Below are positions 1 to 9,354 of a stretch of 64,000 bases of DNA, piece by piece (positions within the stretch are counted from its first letter, which is position 1; the number at the start of each line of letters is the position of its first letter). Source of the stretch: Candidatus Latescibacterota bacterium. Lineage in GTDB: Bacteria > Latescibacterota > UBA2968 > UBA8231. The DNA lies in contig CBDETK010000013.1 of NCBI GenBank assembly GCA_965242865.1, forward strand, positions 96,001-160,000, in the 5' to 3' direction. The position numbers and the translations under genes were made by a program. Under the pieces are notes generated by a model, which worked only from the letters and a program-made list of their open reading frames with translations, had not been told where the DNA came from and searched no databases.

Positions 1-296
1 TGGTTATGACGCTGGAACTCGTGCGGCAAGCCGACGGCAAAGTGCTATGGCAGGACGATTTCGACGAAGAGAAACAGGTGTTTTCGCCGGCCATGATCCA
101 CACGGTGGCCGCGTTGAGCGGGATTTTGGCCCAGCGGATGAAAAAGGCTATCGAGGAGATCGACTTTACGTTCCTCAACAAGCAGCGGCCAGCGCCCGCT
201 ACGCCCGCTGAGGAAGCCGTTCCAGCGGCCCCAGATACGGTGCTGCAAGCCGAATCCGCGTACTACGAACTCATCCCGGGGAAGCTAGCCCGCTAG
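1..296 (+). CDS. 3' part of a probable ABC-transport auxiliary lipoprotein (PqiC-like), truncated by window start
   Basis: Frame open from the window edge; 'LELVRQADGKVLWQDDF...' resembles the PqiC/ABC_trans_aux C-terminus; lies upstream of mlaE/mlaF-like genes. Confidence 0.45.
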   Translation, partial: VMTLELVRQADGKVLWQDDFDEEKQVFSPAMIHTVAALSGILAQRMKKAIEEIDFTFLNKQRPAPATPAEEAVPAAPDTVLQAESAYYELIPGKLAR

Positions 297-304
297 GACT
301 TGGC

Positions 305-1807
305 ATGTACAAGCTATTCTCCATCCTGATCGCCCTGCCGTTGCTCGCTGGCCCCGCCTTGGGGTCCAGTCACACGTGGATCGCCCCGCCCGGGCGCGGC
401 CAACTCGAACAGGATCCAACCCTGATTCCCAAGGGCAAGGGCTTTCTCTTTGTACCGACGATGACCGGCGCCCTCAACGAGCCGAGCTTTCTCGTCTTGC
501 GCGGCAACAAACCCATCCGCGAAGCCGCGCCCGGCACCGGCGTGTTGCTCGCGCCCGGCACCTACAAAGTGCTGGTCGGCTCGGGGGCGGACCTCCAGAT
601 GATGAGCCGCACCGTGCCGGTCCAAGAGGGCATGACGACCTTGGTCAAGCCCTTCTGGGCCGGGCTAGTCATCAACGTCATCGCCGAGAACCGCACGCCG
701 CTCAACGAATCGTACGAACTGTACCGGGAGTCCCCGCAGGAAAACTACGGCCTCGGCTTTGGGGTTGAGGAGGAGCGCGGCGAGGCGGTCAAAACGTGGC
801 TCCTGCCGCCCGGTGTGTACTCGGTCGTGCGCGTCGGCGACAATGTATCGACCACCCGCAAGTTCAGCGTCCGCTTGGAGCCGGGCGAGTTGGTCCAGCG
901 CAATCTAGTCGTGGATACCAACGACGACTTCATCGGCTTCTATCCCCCGGCGCAGCAAGGGCTCCTCGCCCAAGTCGCGGACTCGCGCTGGAATACCTCC
1001 TTTCAGCTAAGCGGCGCGCCGCGGCTTTCTACCTCGCAGAACACCACCGGCCTCGATCGCTCCATCCTCTCGCTTTCAGCCGAGATCATCGGCAGCAGCG
1101 TCTATAACGCGGACCGCCACTACGTCAATCTGCGGCTCGATTTTGAAGAAGGCTTCACCCGCGAGGAGGGCGACGACTTTCGCAAGTCCATCGACAAGTT
1201 CGAGGTCCGCGCCACGTATATCTACCGGCTTTCCAAGCGGGTCGGCCCCTATTTGCGCGGGGTGTTCAACACCAAGCTGTTCGCCACGGAGGACCACTTC
1301 GACCCGCCCCAGTCCCTGCTGGTCCGCACAGGCGACCAAGTCGAGACCCTGACCGGCCTTAGCGCGTTTACGCTCTCGCCGCCCTTCAGCCCCCTCGAAC
1401 TGCGCCAAGGCATTGGCATCAACGCCCAAGTCATCAGCAGCTTTCCCCTCAACCTCGACATGCGCGTTGGTTTTGGGGCGCGTCAAAGCTATGTCACCGA
1501 TACCTTTGACCTAAACTCCTCCCGCACCATCGCCCGCCGGTTGGAGGACACGGCCACCACCGGCTTGGAGGCCGTGCTGCTGCTCCGGTCGCGCTTTTCG
1601 CGCTTCCCCAGCTTGGACTCGGAGTTTGACCTCCTCATCCCGGACACGGGCACTGATTCTTGGGAATTTAATTGGGAAAACCGCTTGCGCTTGCCGCTCA
1701 GCCGCTTCGTCAACATGGTCGTCGTCTTTGATTTTGAGCGCGAGCAGGCGGTGCAGCGGCTGCAATCTACGCAGCAAGTTCTGCTGCGCCTCAATTACTT
1801 GCTATGA
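305..1807 (+). CDS. Secreted hypothetical protein, probable C-terminal outer-membrane beta-barrel
   Basis: 500 aa; signal peptide MYKLFSILIALPLLAGPALG; amphipathic strands in the C-half ending LLRLNYLL; stop overlaps the mlaE start. Confidence 0.6.
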   Translation: MYKLFSILIALPLLAGPALGSSHTWIAPPGRGQLEQDPTLIPKGKGFLFVPTMTGALNEPSFLVLRGNKPIREAAPGTGVLLAPGTYKVLVGSGADLQMMSRTVPVQEGMTTLVKPFWAGLVINVIAENRTPLNESYELYRESPQENYGLGFGVEEERGEAVKTWLLPPGVYSVVRVGDNVSTTRKFSVRLEPGELVQRNLVVDTNDDFIGFYPPAQQGLLAQVADSRWNTSFQLSGAPRLSTSQNTTGLDRSILSLSAEIIGSSVYNADRHYVNLRLDFEEGFTREEGDDFRKSIDKFEVRATYIYRLSKRVGPYLRGVFNTKLFATEDHFDPPQSLLVRTGDQVETLTGLSAFTLSPPFSPLELRQGIGINAQVISSFPLNLDMRVGFGARQSYVTDTFDLNSSRTIARRLEDTATTGLEAVLLLRSRFSRFPSLDSEFDLLIPDTGTDSWEFNWENRLRLPLSRFVNMVVVFDFEREQAVQRLQSTQQVLLRLNYLL

Positions 1808-2901
1808 CTTGGGTGCAGAGCGACGAACAGGGCATCGCGCTCGGAGACGCGCTGTCCCTGCACACCATCGGCGCACTCGCTCCCCAAGTCCGCGACCTCA
1901 TCGCCGCGCATCCGCGCACCGCGCTCCGCGCGGACTTGCGCCGAGTCGAACACCTCGACACGGCCGGGGCCATCTTCCTGCACGGCCTGCCCGCGCTCGC
2001 CCGCTCCTTGGACAAGGAGCTCCGCCTCGACGGGCTGCCCGCCCATTTGCAGCCCTTTTTCGACTTTGCCGCGCCGGTGCCACCGGCCCCCGCCCCGGCC
2101 GCGCCGCCCCGCGCCGCGCTAGAGCTCCTCGGCGCGTGGGTCCGCGCTCGCGCCGCTCGCGCCGCCCGCTTTTTCTACCTAATGGCCGACCTGAGCGTTT
2201 TCTCGGTCCTCGCCCTGTTCCGCCGCGGACCGATTCGCCGCGGCAGCTTTGGCGCGCAAGCCCACGCGATTGGCGCGCAAGCCCTGCCGATCGTCGGGCT
2301 GATTCTCTTTCTCGTCGGCGCGGTTTCAGCGCTCCAGTCTGCGGCCCAACTCCGCCAGTTCGGGGCCGACATTTTCGTCGCCAACCTGCTGGGCATTGGG
2401 TTGACCCGCGAATTGGGGCCGCTGATGACCGCGATCATGGTGTCTGGCCGGTCTGGGTCGGCCATTGCCGCTGAGATCGCCACGATGAAGTTCACCGAGG
2501 AGCTAGACGCCCTGCAGACGATGGGCATTGACCCCCTGCGCTTTGTGGTCGTGCCCAAGCTGTGGGCCATGATCGTCTGCATGCCGCTGTTGACGGTCAT
2601 GGCCAACTTTGTCGGCATCCTCGGCGGGACCTTCATCGGCTTGGTTTCGCTGGACATCCCGGTCGCGGTGTTTCTCAACCAAGTTTTCTCGGCGCTCTTT
2701 CTCAAGGACTTGCTCACCGGGCTGGTCAAAAGCGCGTCCTTTGCGTGGCTCATCGCGATCATCTCGGTTCACCACGGCCTCCAGTTCAGCGGCGGGGCCG
2801 AGGGCGTTGGCCGGGCGACGACCGCGGCGGTCGTATCGTCGCTGTTTGGCATCATCGTCCTCGACGCCTTCTGGGGCCTTGTGTTCTACCTCCAATGGTG
2901 A
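1804..2901 (+). CDS. mlaE: MlaE-family lipid ABC transporter permease with N-terminal STAS domain
   Basis: RELGPLMTAIMVSGRSGSAIAAEIATMKFTEELDAL and GAEGVGRATT motifs; STAS-like DLRRVEHLDTAG. Confidence 0.9.
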   Translation: MTWVQSDEQGIALGDALSLHTIGALAPQVRDLIAAHPRTALRADLRRVEHLDTAGAIFLHGLPALARSLDKELRLDGLPAHLQPFFDFAAPVPPAPAPAAPPRAALELLGAWVRARAARAARFFYLMADLSVFSVLALFRRGPIRRGSFGAQAHAIGAQALPIVGLILFLVGAVSALQSAAQLRQFGADIFVANLLGIGLTRELGPLMTAIMVSGRSGSAIAAEIATMKFTEELDALQTMGIDPLRFVVVPKLWAMIVCMPLLTVMANFVGILGGTFIGLVSLDIPVAVFLNQVFSALFLKDLLTGLVKSASFAWLIAIISVHHGLQFSGGAEGVGRATTAAVVSSLFGIIVLDAFWGLVFYLQW

Positions 2902-3641
2902 CGCGCGCCATCGAAATCCAAAACCTCTGCGTGTCCTACGGCCAAACGGCGGTCCTGCGCGGGATTGACGCACACGTAGAAGCCGGGGAAATCGCCGTGG
3001 TGCTCGGCGGCAGCGGCTGCGGCAAGAGCACCTTGCTCAAGGCGATCCTCGGCTTGGTGCAACCCACCGCGGGCCGCGTCGAAATCCTCGGCCAAGATGC
3101 GACCGCTCTCGGGGAGGAAAGCCTGGCCCTCCTGCGCCAGCGGCTGGGCGTGATGTTTCAATACGGCGCCCTGCTCAACTCGTTGACGGTGGCGCAAAAC
3201 GTCGCCCTGCCCTTGGAAATGCACACCGGCCTAGAACCGGCCCTGATCGGGGAGATCGCCCGCACCCGCCTCGCTTCGGTGGGCTTGGGAGCGGCCGGCG
3301 ACCGCTACCCCGGCGAGCTATCGGGCGGGATGCGCAAACGCGCCGCCCTCGCCCGGGCCATGGTCATGGACCCAGAGATTCTCTTTTGCGACGAGCCGGG
3401 TGCGGGGCTCGACCCGGTCACCGCGGCCGAGATCGACGCGCTGCTCCTCGCGCTCAACCGCGAGCTGGGCATCACCATCGCCATTGTCACCCACGAGCTC
3501 CTCAGCATTGAGCGGCTCGACGGACGCCTCATCATGCTCGACCAAGGGCGCGTGGCGTTTACTGGCGAGGTCGCCGAGGCCAAGGGTTCGGAGCATCCCG
3601 TAGTGCATTCCTTCTTCCACCCCGGAGGCTCGCCCCGATGA
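2895..3641 (+). CDS. mlaF: MlaF-family ABC transporter ATP-binding protein
   Basis: Walker A GGSGCGKS, LSGGMRKRAALARA, DEPGAGLDP; start set at ATG 2895, overlapping the mlaE stop. Confidence 0.9.
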   Translation: MVTRAIEIQNLCVSYGQTAVLRGIDAHVEAGEIAVVLGGSGCGKSTLLKAILGLVQPTAGRVEILGQDATALGEESLALLRQRLGVMFQYGALLNSLTVAQNVALPLEMHTGLEPALIGEIARTRLASVGLGAAGDRYPGELSGGMRKRAALARAMVMDPEILFCDEPGAGLDPVTAAEIDALLLALNRELGITIAIVTHELLSIERLDGRLIMLDQGRVAFTGEVAEAKGSEHPVVHSFFHPGGSPR

Positions 3642-4114
3642 AAACCATTCTCATCGCGGCCTTGAGCAAGAACAGGGTCATTGGCCGCGACAACGCCATC
3701 CCGTGGCACTACCCGGCCGACCTCAAGCACTTCCGCCGCGTCACTCGGGGCCACGCGGTCGTGGCGGGCCGCAAAACCTACGAGACCTTTCAGACGCGCC
3801 CCTTGCCCCAACGCCTCAACTTCGTCGTCACCCGCAGGCCAGCCTACGCAGTGGCCGAGGGCGTGCTTGTCTGCGCGAGCTGGGCCGAGGTGCAGCCGCG
3901 CGCCCGCGCCCACGGCTGCGAAAAACTCTTCGTGCTCGGGGGGGGCCAAATCTATGAGCAGGCCCTGCCCTTCGCCGACGAAATGATCCTGACGCACCTG
4001 CCCATCGAAGTTGAGGGCGACGTGTATTTTCCGGCGTGGGACGAAGGGGAATGGGAGGGGGTGGAAAGGCGCGGCGAGGGCGGATTGGTCTTTGCGACGT
4101 ATCGCCGCCGCTGA
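3638..4114 (+). CDS. folA: Dihydrofolate reductase
   Basis: NRVIGRDNAIPWH.PADLKHFR, GRKTYE, RPLPQR, LGGGQIY, EGDVYFP. Confidence 0.95.
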   Translation: MKTILIAALSKNRVIGRDNAIPWHYPADLKHFRRVTRGHAVVAGRKTYETFQTRPLPQRLNFVVTRRPAYAVAEGVLVCASWAEVQPRARAHGCEKLFVLGGGQIYEQALPFADEMILTHLPIEVEGDVYFPAWDEGEWEGVERRGEGGLVFATYRRR

Positions 4115-4124
4115 GGAGGGACGC

Positions 4125-4152
4125 AAAAAGGGCCTGCTGAAATGCAGGCCCT
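4125..4152 (-). terminator. Intrinsic terminator between convergent genes
   Basis: Stem AGGGCCTGC/GCAGGCCCT followed by a T run on the minus strand. Confidence 0.6.
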
Positions 4153-4182
4153 CTCCAGTACGCGCTATCGAATGGGCGCGGC

Positions 4183-4440
4183 TCACTCCACGACGACGAC
4201 GTTGTTCTCCGAGCCAAATTCGTTGGGCACGACCGGGGCCTTGGGGTCGTTGCGCCATTCGCCGTCAATCTGATAGCGGTATTCGTACCGCCCCGGCGTC
4301 AGGGTGGTCCACGTCGTCCACAGGCCCTTTTTCTGCTTCCGCAACGACCGCCGTTCCCAGTTGTTAAAATCACCCAGCACCTCAACGGCGGTTGCGCTGG
4401 CAACCTGCAAGCGAAAGTACACCCGTTTTTTACTCGTCAT
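4183..4440 (-). CDS. Small glycogen-binding CBM48/isoamylase early-set domain protein
   Basis: VEVLGDFNNW, LTPGRYEYRYQIDGEWRNDP, PNEFGSENNV. Confidence 0.9.
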   Translation of the reverse strand: MTSKKRVYFRLQVASATAVEVLGDFNNWERRSLRKQKKGLWTTWTTLTPGRYEYRYQIDGEWRNDPKAPVVPNEFGSENNVVVVE

Positions 4441-4553
4441 AAAATCCTCAGTAGAATATCAAGCGTGGAAAAAGTGGCTTCAATTAACGATAGGGGCAAT
4501 CCAGCCAAAGTCAAGGATAGGCCGCCAGGCCGGTGGTAGGGCCGGCTTGCCAA

Positions 4554-4580
4554 GGCTGGAGGGCGGGAAGCCCTCCAGCC
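4554..4580. repeat. REP-like 11-bp hairpin
   Basis: GGCTGGAGGGC-GGGAA-GCCCTCCAGCC perfect stem in an intergenic region. Confidence 0.5.
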
Positions 4581-4679
4581 CGGACGCATCGGGGACAGCG
4601 GCAGCCGCACTAAGCCGATGAGAATTCCGCTAAACGAGGGCCGCTAAACATCTTGCTCAGCACCTCGCTGTCCTCATCC

Positions 4680-6644
4680 TTAACGGGTGATGGCGGCACC
4701 GGCATCTCTTATGGCTTTGTCGTTTCCGGTGTTTAAGGCATCGGTGAGGGGATTGCCTGATACCCTTATATGAAAGCTGTTTCCTTGAGCCTGAGCTATG
4801 GGGACGAAAGGAGCTAAACTCGTAATCGAGTTGTTGTTTAGAAATAAGTCTCTCAGGTTGGTTAGGTATTTCAACGAATCCGCCCCCGAACTCGTAATCG
4901 AGTTGTCGTTTAGCCATAGGGATGTCAGGCTGGTTAGGTATTTCAACGAATCCACACGCGTAAGCGAGTTATTTCGTAGTTCTAGGTTTGTCAGGTTGGT
5001 TAGGTATTTCAACGAATCCACACTCGCATTCATAAGCGAGTTATTTCGTAGTCCTAGGTTTGTCAGGTTGGTTAGGTATTTCAACGAACCCAGATTCGCA
5101 TTCCCAAGCGAGTTGTTGTTTAGTTTCAGGTTTGTCAGGCTGGTTAGGTATCGCAACGAATCCACACTCGTAAGCGAGTTGTTGATTATGTCTAGGTTTG
5201 TCAGGTTGGTTAGGTATCGCAACGAATCTATATTCGTAAGCGAGTTGTATAGTAGTTCCAAGTTTGTCAGGCTGGTTAGGTATCGCAACGAATCCACATT
5301 CGTAAGCGAGTTGTTTCGTAGGTTCAGGGATGTCAGGCTGGTTAGGTATCGCAACGAATCCACATTCGTAAGCGAGTTGCCTCGTAGGAGCAGCGTTGTC
5401 AGTGCCGACGCGTGTTCGAGGCCGGCCAAGTCCGTAATGGATTGATTGATCACTTCGAGTGAGGTCAGGGAAGCCAGGTGCGTCGTGGTAATATTCCCGG
5501 ACGGGAGACTCAGGGTTGTCCGTACCGCCGACAACAGATTGGCGTCGGGGAACGTAACGATACCGCCTGATGGCGGGGCCGGAGTTGGTGCTGGTGGTAG
5601 TTGCGGCGGTGCTGGTGGTAGTTGCGGCGGTGCTGGTGGTTCTTGATAGACTTGGATCGTTTCGACGGGGGGGTATTTTTCTATCACCGCTTGGACGCTG
5701 AGGCCGCTTGCCATTGAGGAGGCGAGCTGTTGGTTGGCCGCGTGCAGGCTGAGGGCGTTTTCCACCACGCCCAGCCATTGCAGGTTGGGCAGGCTCGCCA
5801 ACGGACTCACATCCGCAATCGAGTTGTCTCCTAGCTGGAGCCATTGCAGACTGGTTAGGCGGGCTAATGGCTGCACGTCCGTAACCTCGTTGCCCCACAG
5901 ATCCAGCTTGCGCAAGCGGATCAGGCTGGCCAGCGGACTCACGTCCGCCACCTTGTTCCCCCACAGCGACAGCGTGTGCAGGTTGGTCAAGCTGGCCAAG
6001 GGACTCACGTCCGTAATCGCGTTGTCCCGCAGATACAGCGTGTGCAGGGCTGTCGCGTGTTCGAGGCCGGCCACGCTCTCAATGTCTTTATAGCTCGCGT
6101 CGAGTTCGGTCAGGGACGCTAAGTCCGCCGGGGTCAGCGGCCCTGACGGGCGATCCAACGCCTTCCGCACGCACCGCTCCAGATTGGCGTCGGAGAACTC
6201 CACGGTCGCCGGTTGAGTGCTATCAGCGTCGGTCTGGGTGCTGTCGGCGTCGGTTTGGGTGCTGTCGGGGCTTTCGGTGGTCTGCCCGTCGGCAATGGTG
6301 TAGGTGTCGTCGCCCAAGAACCGCTCCAGATTGGCGTCGGAGAACTCCACGGGGGCCGATTGGGTGCTATCGGCGTCGGCGTTGGTTTGGGTGCTGTCGG
6401 TTTGGGTGCTGTCGGTTTGGGTGCTATCGGTCTGGGTGCTATCGGTCTGGGTGCTGTCCGGAGTGGTCTGCCCATCGGCAGCGGTGTAAGTCTCGTCGCC
6501 CAAGAATTCGCACAAGGCACAGGTGGCTTTGCTCGCCGGACGAGAGGCGACCGGCGCGGAGTCTTCTGAGCACCCCACCCAAGCCCCGACGATGCCCAAA
6601 AGGACGAACGCAAGCAGGGTTTTTATGGATTTCAACAACGGCAT
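4680..6644 (-). CDS. Internalin-like leucine-rich-repeat lipoprotein
   Basis: RBS AAGGAG before ATG 6644; lipobox-like AWVGC; two LRR blocks each with an FxDANL cap; DSTQT and PPAPPQL low-complexity repeats. Confidence 0.9.
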   Translation of the reverse strand: MPLLKSIKTLLAFVLLGIVGAWVGCSEDSAPVASRPASKATCALCEFLGDETYTAADGQTTPDSTQTDSTQTDSTQTDSTQTDSTQTNADADSTQSAPVEFSDANLERFLGDDTYTIADGQTTESPDSTQTDADSTQTDADSTQPATVEFSDANLERCVRKALDRPSGPLTPADLASLTELDASYKDIESVAGLEHATALHTLYLRDNAITDVSPLASLTNLHTLSLWGNKVADVSPLASLIRLRKLDLWGNEVTDVQPLARLTSLQWLQLGDNSIADVSPLASLPNLQWLGVVENALSLHAANQQLASSMASGLSVQAVIEKYPPVETIQVYQEPPAPPQLPPAPPQLPPAPTPAPPSGGIVTFPDANLLSAVRTTLSLPSGNITTTHLASLTSLEVINQSITDLAGLEHASALTTLLLRGNSLTNVDSLRYLTSLTSLNLRNNSLTNVDSLRYLTSLTNLELLYNSLTNIDSLRYLTNLTNLDIINNSLTSVDSLRYLTSLTNLKLNNNSLGNANLGSLKYLTNLTNLGLRNNSLMNASVDSLKYLTNLTNLELRNNSLTRVDSLKYLTSLTSLWLNDNSITSSGADSLKYLTNLRDLFLNNNSITSLAPFVPIAQAQGNSFHIRVSGNPLTDALNTGNDKAIRDAGAAITR

Positions 6645-6759
6645 CTTTTGCTCCTTTATATGGTTTGAAAGAAGGGTCATGGCGCCCCAAAAACGGCGGG
6701 GTGCGCCCTAGAGCGATATTTGATACAGGAAGTAGTGCTTAGGCCAGAGAAGAATTTTC

Positions 6760-6802
6760 GGGGGGGGGGGGGGGGGTAAGTCGTTGTTTTTCAAGGACTT
6801 AC
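6760..6802. promoter_or_regulatory. G17 homopolymer plus interrupted palindrome upstream of the LRR gene
   Basis: G run 6760-6776; GTAAGTC-g-TTG-N5-CAA-g-GACTTAC at 6776-6802. Confidence 0.5.
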
Positions 6803-7108
6803 GACACATTAAATCGGCAATGACGTCAAGCACCCAACAGGGTTTTGCCCCCACAGCAAGGCCCCGGTCTGATGTGAAATGCTCAACCATGTTCTCGTTC
6901 CATTTACAAGGCTACCGCGAAGTGCCCGGACGCTACGTTGTGGTACGGCCCTGATTGGGGTTTATTGTAATCGCCCAAAATTGCATCTAAATCGCAAGCC
7001 GAGGACCCGTACCATGCTTCCCTAAAATACGCCCCTAAACGCTTTATATGCAAACTAATTTTTTGGCCATGCTGTCCACCCACTTCTCCTCTCAACAGAA
7101 AGCAGACC

Positions 7109-8293
7109 ATGTTTCGACAGTTAGAAATGGCGCCGGCCGACCCCATCTTGGGGCTGAGTGCGGCGTTCAAAAGCGATGCGAACCCAAACAAAATCAACCT
7201 CAGCGTCGGCGTCTATCGGGATGCGAGCGGTCAGACGCCGGTTTTGGCGGCCGTGCAAACGGCGCAAGAGCGCGTCTTAGCCGCCGAGAAAACCAAGAGC
7301 TATTTGAGCATTGAGGGCAGCGCGGAATACGGGGCGGCCGTGCGGGCACTCATTTTGGGCGTTGGGCACAAAGCGGCCGAGCGTGCCGTCACCGTGCAAA
7401 GCCCCGGCGGCACCGGCGCCTTGCGCCTAGCCGGCGATTTCCTCGCCCAGCACTTGGGCGATCGGGCCGTGTGGGTGAGCGAGCCGACTTGGGCCAATCA
7501 CCCCAAGATCTTTGCCGCGGCCGGCCTGCGGGTCGAGACCTATCCCTATTTCGACGCCCGCGCCAACCGCCTCAACGCGGACGCCTTGCTCGCAGCGCTC
7601 GGGCAAATCCCCGCCGGCCACGTAGTGCTGCTGCACGGCTGCTGCCACAACCCCACCGGCTGCGACCCCACCCCAGACACTTGGCAGCAGATCGCCGCGA
7701 TCGTGGCCGAGCGCGGCCTATTGCCCTTAGTTGACTTTGCCTATCAAGGGTTTGGCGACGGGTTGCACGAGGACGCGGCCGGCCTGCGGGCACTCTGCGG
7801 CGCGGGCTGCGAGCTGCTCGTGGCCAGTTCCTTTTCCAAAAACTTCGGCCTGTACAACGAGCGCGTCGGCGCACTGACCTTGATCGGCGCGGACGCCGAG
7901 GCCGCGTTTAGGGCCTTGAGCCATCTCAAAATCGCCGCACGCACGAGTTACTCCAATCCCCCGGCCCACGGTGCGGCCATGGTCTGCGAAATTCTCGGCG
8001 ACCCAGCGCTGCGCCGCCAATGGGAAGGCGAGTTGGCGCAGATGCGCGAGCGGATCAACCGCGTGCGCCAACGGCTCGTCGCTCGGCTCGGCGAACAGGG
8101 CGTGGAGCGCGACTTTTCGTTTATCGAACAGCAGCGGGGGATGTTCTCTTTTTCCGGGCTGAATGCCGAGCAGGTCGAGGTGCTGCGGGAACAGTACGCG
8201 ATTTACATCGTAGCGGGGGGGCGCATCAACGTCGCCGGCCTGACCGAGGACAACCTCGATTACTTCTGCGCTTCGCTGGCCGCAGTCTTGTGA
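7109..8293 (+). CDS. aspC: Aspartate/aromatic amino acid aminotransferase
   Basis: APADPILGL, LHGCCHNPTG, DFAYQGF, SFSKNFGLYNERVG (PLP lysine), GRINVAG. Confidence 0.93.
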   Translation: MFRQLEMAPADPILGLSAAFKSDANPNKINLSVGVYRDASGQTPVLAAVQTAQERVLAAEKTKSYLSIEGSAEYGAAVRALILGVGHKAAERAVTVQSPGGTGALRLAGDFLAQHLGDRAVWVSEPTWANHPKIFAAAGLRVETYPYFDARANRLNADALLAALGQIPAGHVVLLHGCCHNPTGCDPTPDTWQQIAAIVAERGLLPLVDFAYQGFGDGLHEDAAGLRALCGAGCELLVASSFSKNFGLYNERVGALTLIGADAEAAFRALSHLKIAARTSYSNPPAHGAAMVCEILGDPALRRQWEGELAQMRERINRVRQRLVARLGEQGVERDFSFIEQQRGMFSFSGLNAEQVEVLREQYAIYIVAGGRINVAGLTEDNLDYFCASLAAVL

Positions 8294-8294
8294 G

Positions 8295-9353
8295 CTACTG
8301 CACGGAAAAGCTCAGGGCGCGCACCAGCACCGGGGAGCCGGTGAGGATTTCCCCTTGGCTCGACAGGGTGTTGCCGTCGTCGTACACAATGGTCTCGGGC
8401 CGGCCGAGGGCAATGTCCTCGTCGCCGCGCAAGACCGCCATGGGTTCGGGCCGCTGGAGAGATTCGATCAGGGCTTGATCGAGCAGGTCCAGCCCGGTGA
8501 AGCGGTCGAGTTGCCCCTCTTGGACCAGCGTGGCGAATTGCTCGTAGAACAACTCGGCGTTTTCGGCCAATAGCTGGGGACCGGCGAGGAAATACAAGGT
8601 ATAGACTTGATCGATCTCATTGAACGGGATCCAACCGTTCTCGCTGGGGCCGTATTGGACGATGTTTGAATAGACGAATTGCTCGTCAACCAAGGTCTCT
8701 AACGCGCCAGCCGAACTGCACAAAAAGGCGTGGACCTCGGCGTCTCGGCTCAGCTTAAAGCGCAGTTGCAGTTGGTCGCCCTGCTGCAATTGCGCGCCTT
8801 CCGCCAACTCGACCGCTTGGGCGACGCCTCCCTCTTCGCGCTTGGCAATCAGGTGCAGTTCCACTTCCACCGGCCCGTCGCCGGGGCCGCTTCCGCGCTG
8901 GCGCGAGGCGACCTCTTGGCGCACATCTCGCTCCAAGACGCGGCCAGTGCGGACGGCCACGAGCTCGCCGCTGGCCCGCTCAACCAAAAACATCCGCACG
9001 TACAGCCACGGAGCGTCTGCTTGGAGCCGCCCACCCAACGCCAGCGCAGCGCGCCCGCCTTGCTTTAGGCCGACCAATTCCGCGTCGCGCCACCGCTTCC
9101 CGGTGGTGTCGGCCAGCCCCACCGCGACCTCGGCTCGCAGCAGCGCGGACAGCAAGTAGTCGTTGAGCACCTTGGTCTCCTCGGTCTGCACGCCGGCGGG
9201 GTCGCGCACGCCCAGCCAGTCCACCTCGCCCTCTTGGGACTCGACGATTTCCACTAAATCTTGGGACACAGCCGCCAGTTGACGGCTTTGCTCGCGCCCG
9301 CCGATAAAGGGCACGCAGCCGCCAAGCAAGAGTACGAGCGCAATCGCCAACAC
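8295..9353 (-). CDS. Hypothetical lipoprotein, possible DUF4384-like domain
   Basis: Lipobox LLGGC; 'LQQGDQLQLRFKLSRDAEVHAF' resembles DUF4384. Confidence 0.55.
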   Translation of the reverse strand: MLAIALVLLLGGCVPFIGGREQSRQLAAVSQDLVEIVESQEGEVDWLGVRDPAGVQTEETKVLNDYLLSALLRAEVAVGLADTTGKRWRDAELVGLKQGGRAALALGGRLQADAPWLYVRMFLVERASGELVAVRTGRVLERDVRQEVASRQRGSGPGDGPVEVELHLIAKREEGGVAQAVELAEGAQLQQGDQLQLRFKLSRDAEVHAFLCSSAGALETLVDEQFVYSNIVQYGPSENGWIPFNEIDQVYTLYFLAGPQLLAENAELFYEQFATLVQEGQLDRFTGLDLLDQALIESLQRPEPMAVLRGDEDIALGRPETIVYDDGNTLSSQGEILTGSPVLVRALSFSVQ

Positions 9354-9354
9354 G

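Noticed and set aside
2562-2894. N-terminal extension of the MlaF ORF
   Set aside because: Overlaps mlaE out of frame; ATPase similarity starts at 2895
4800-5400. Regularly spaced ~25-nt repeats with 66/72-nt period, resembling a CRISPR array
   Set aside because: Periods are multiples of 3, the 'spacers' are mutually similar, and all lie in frame in the LRR gene
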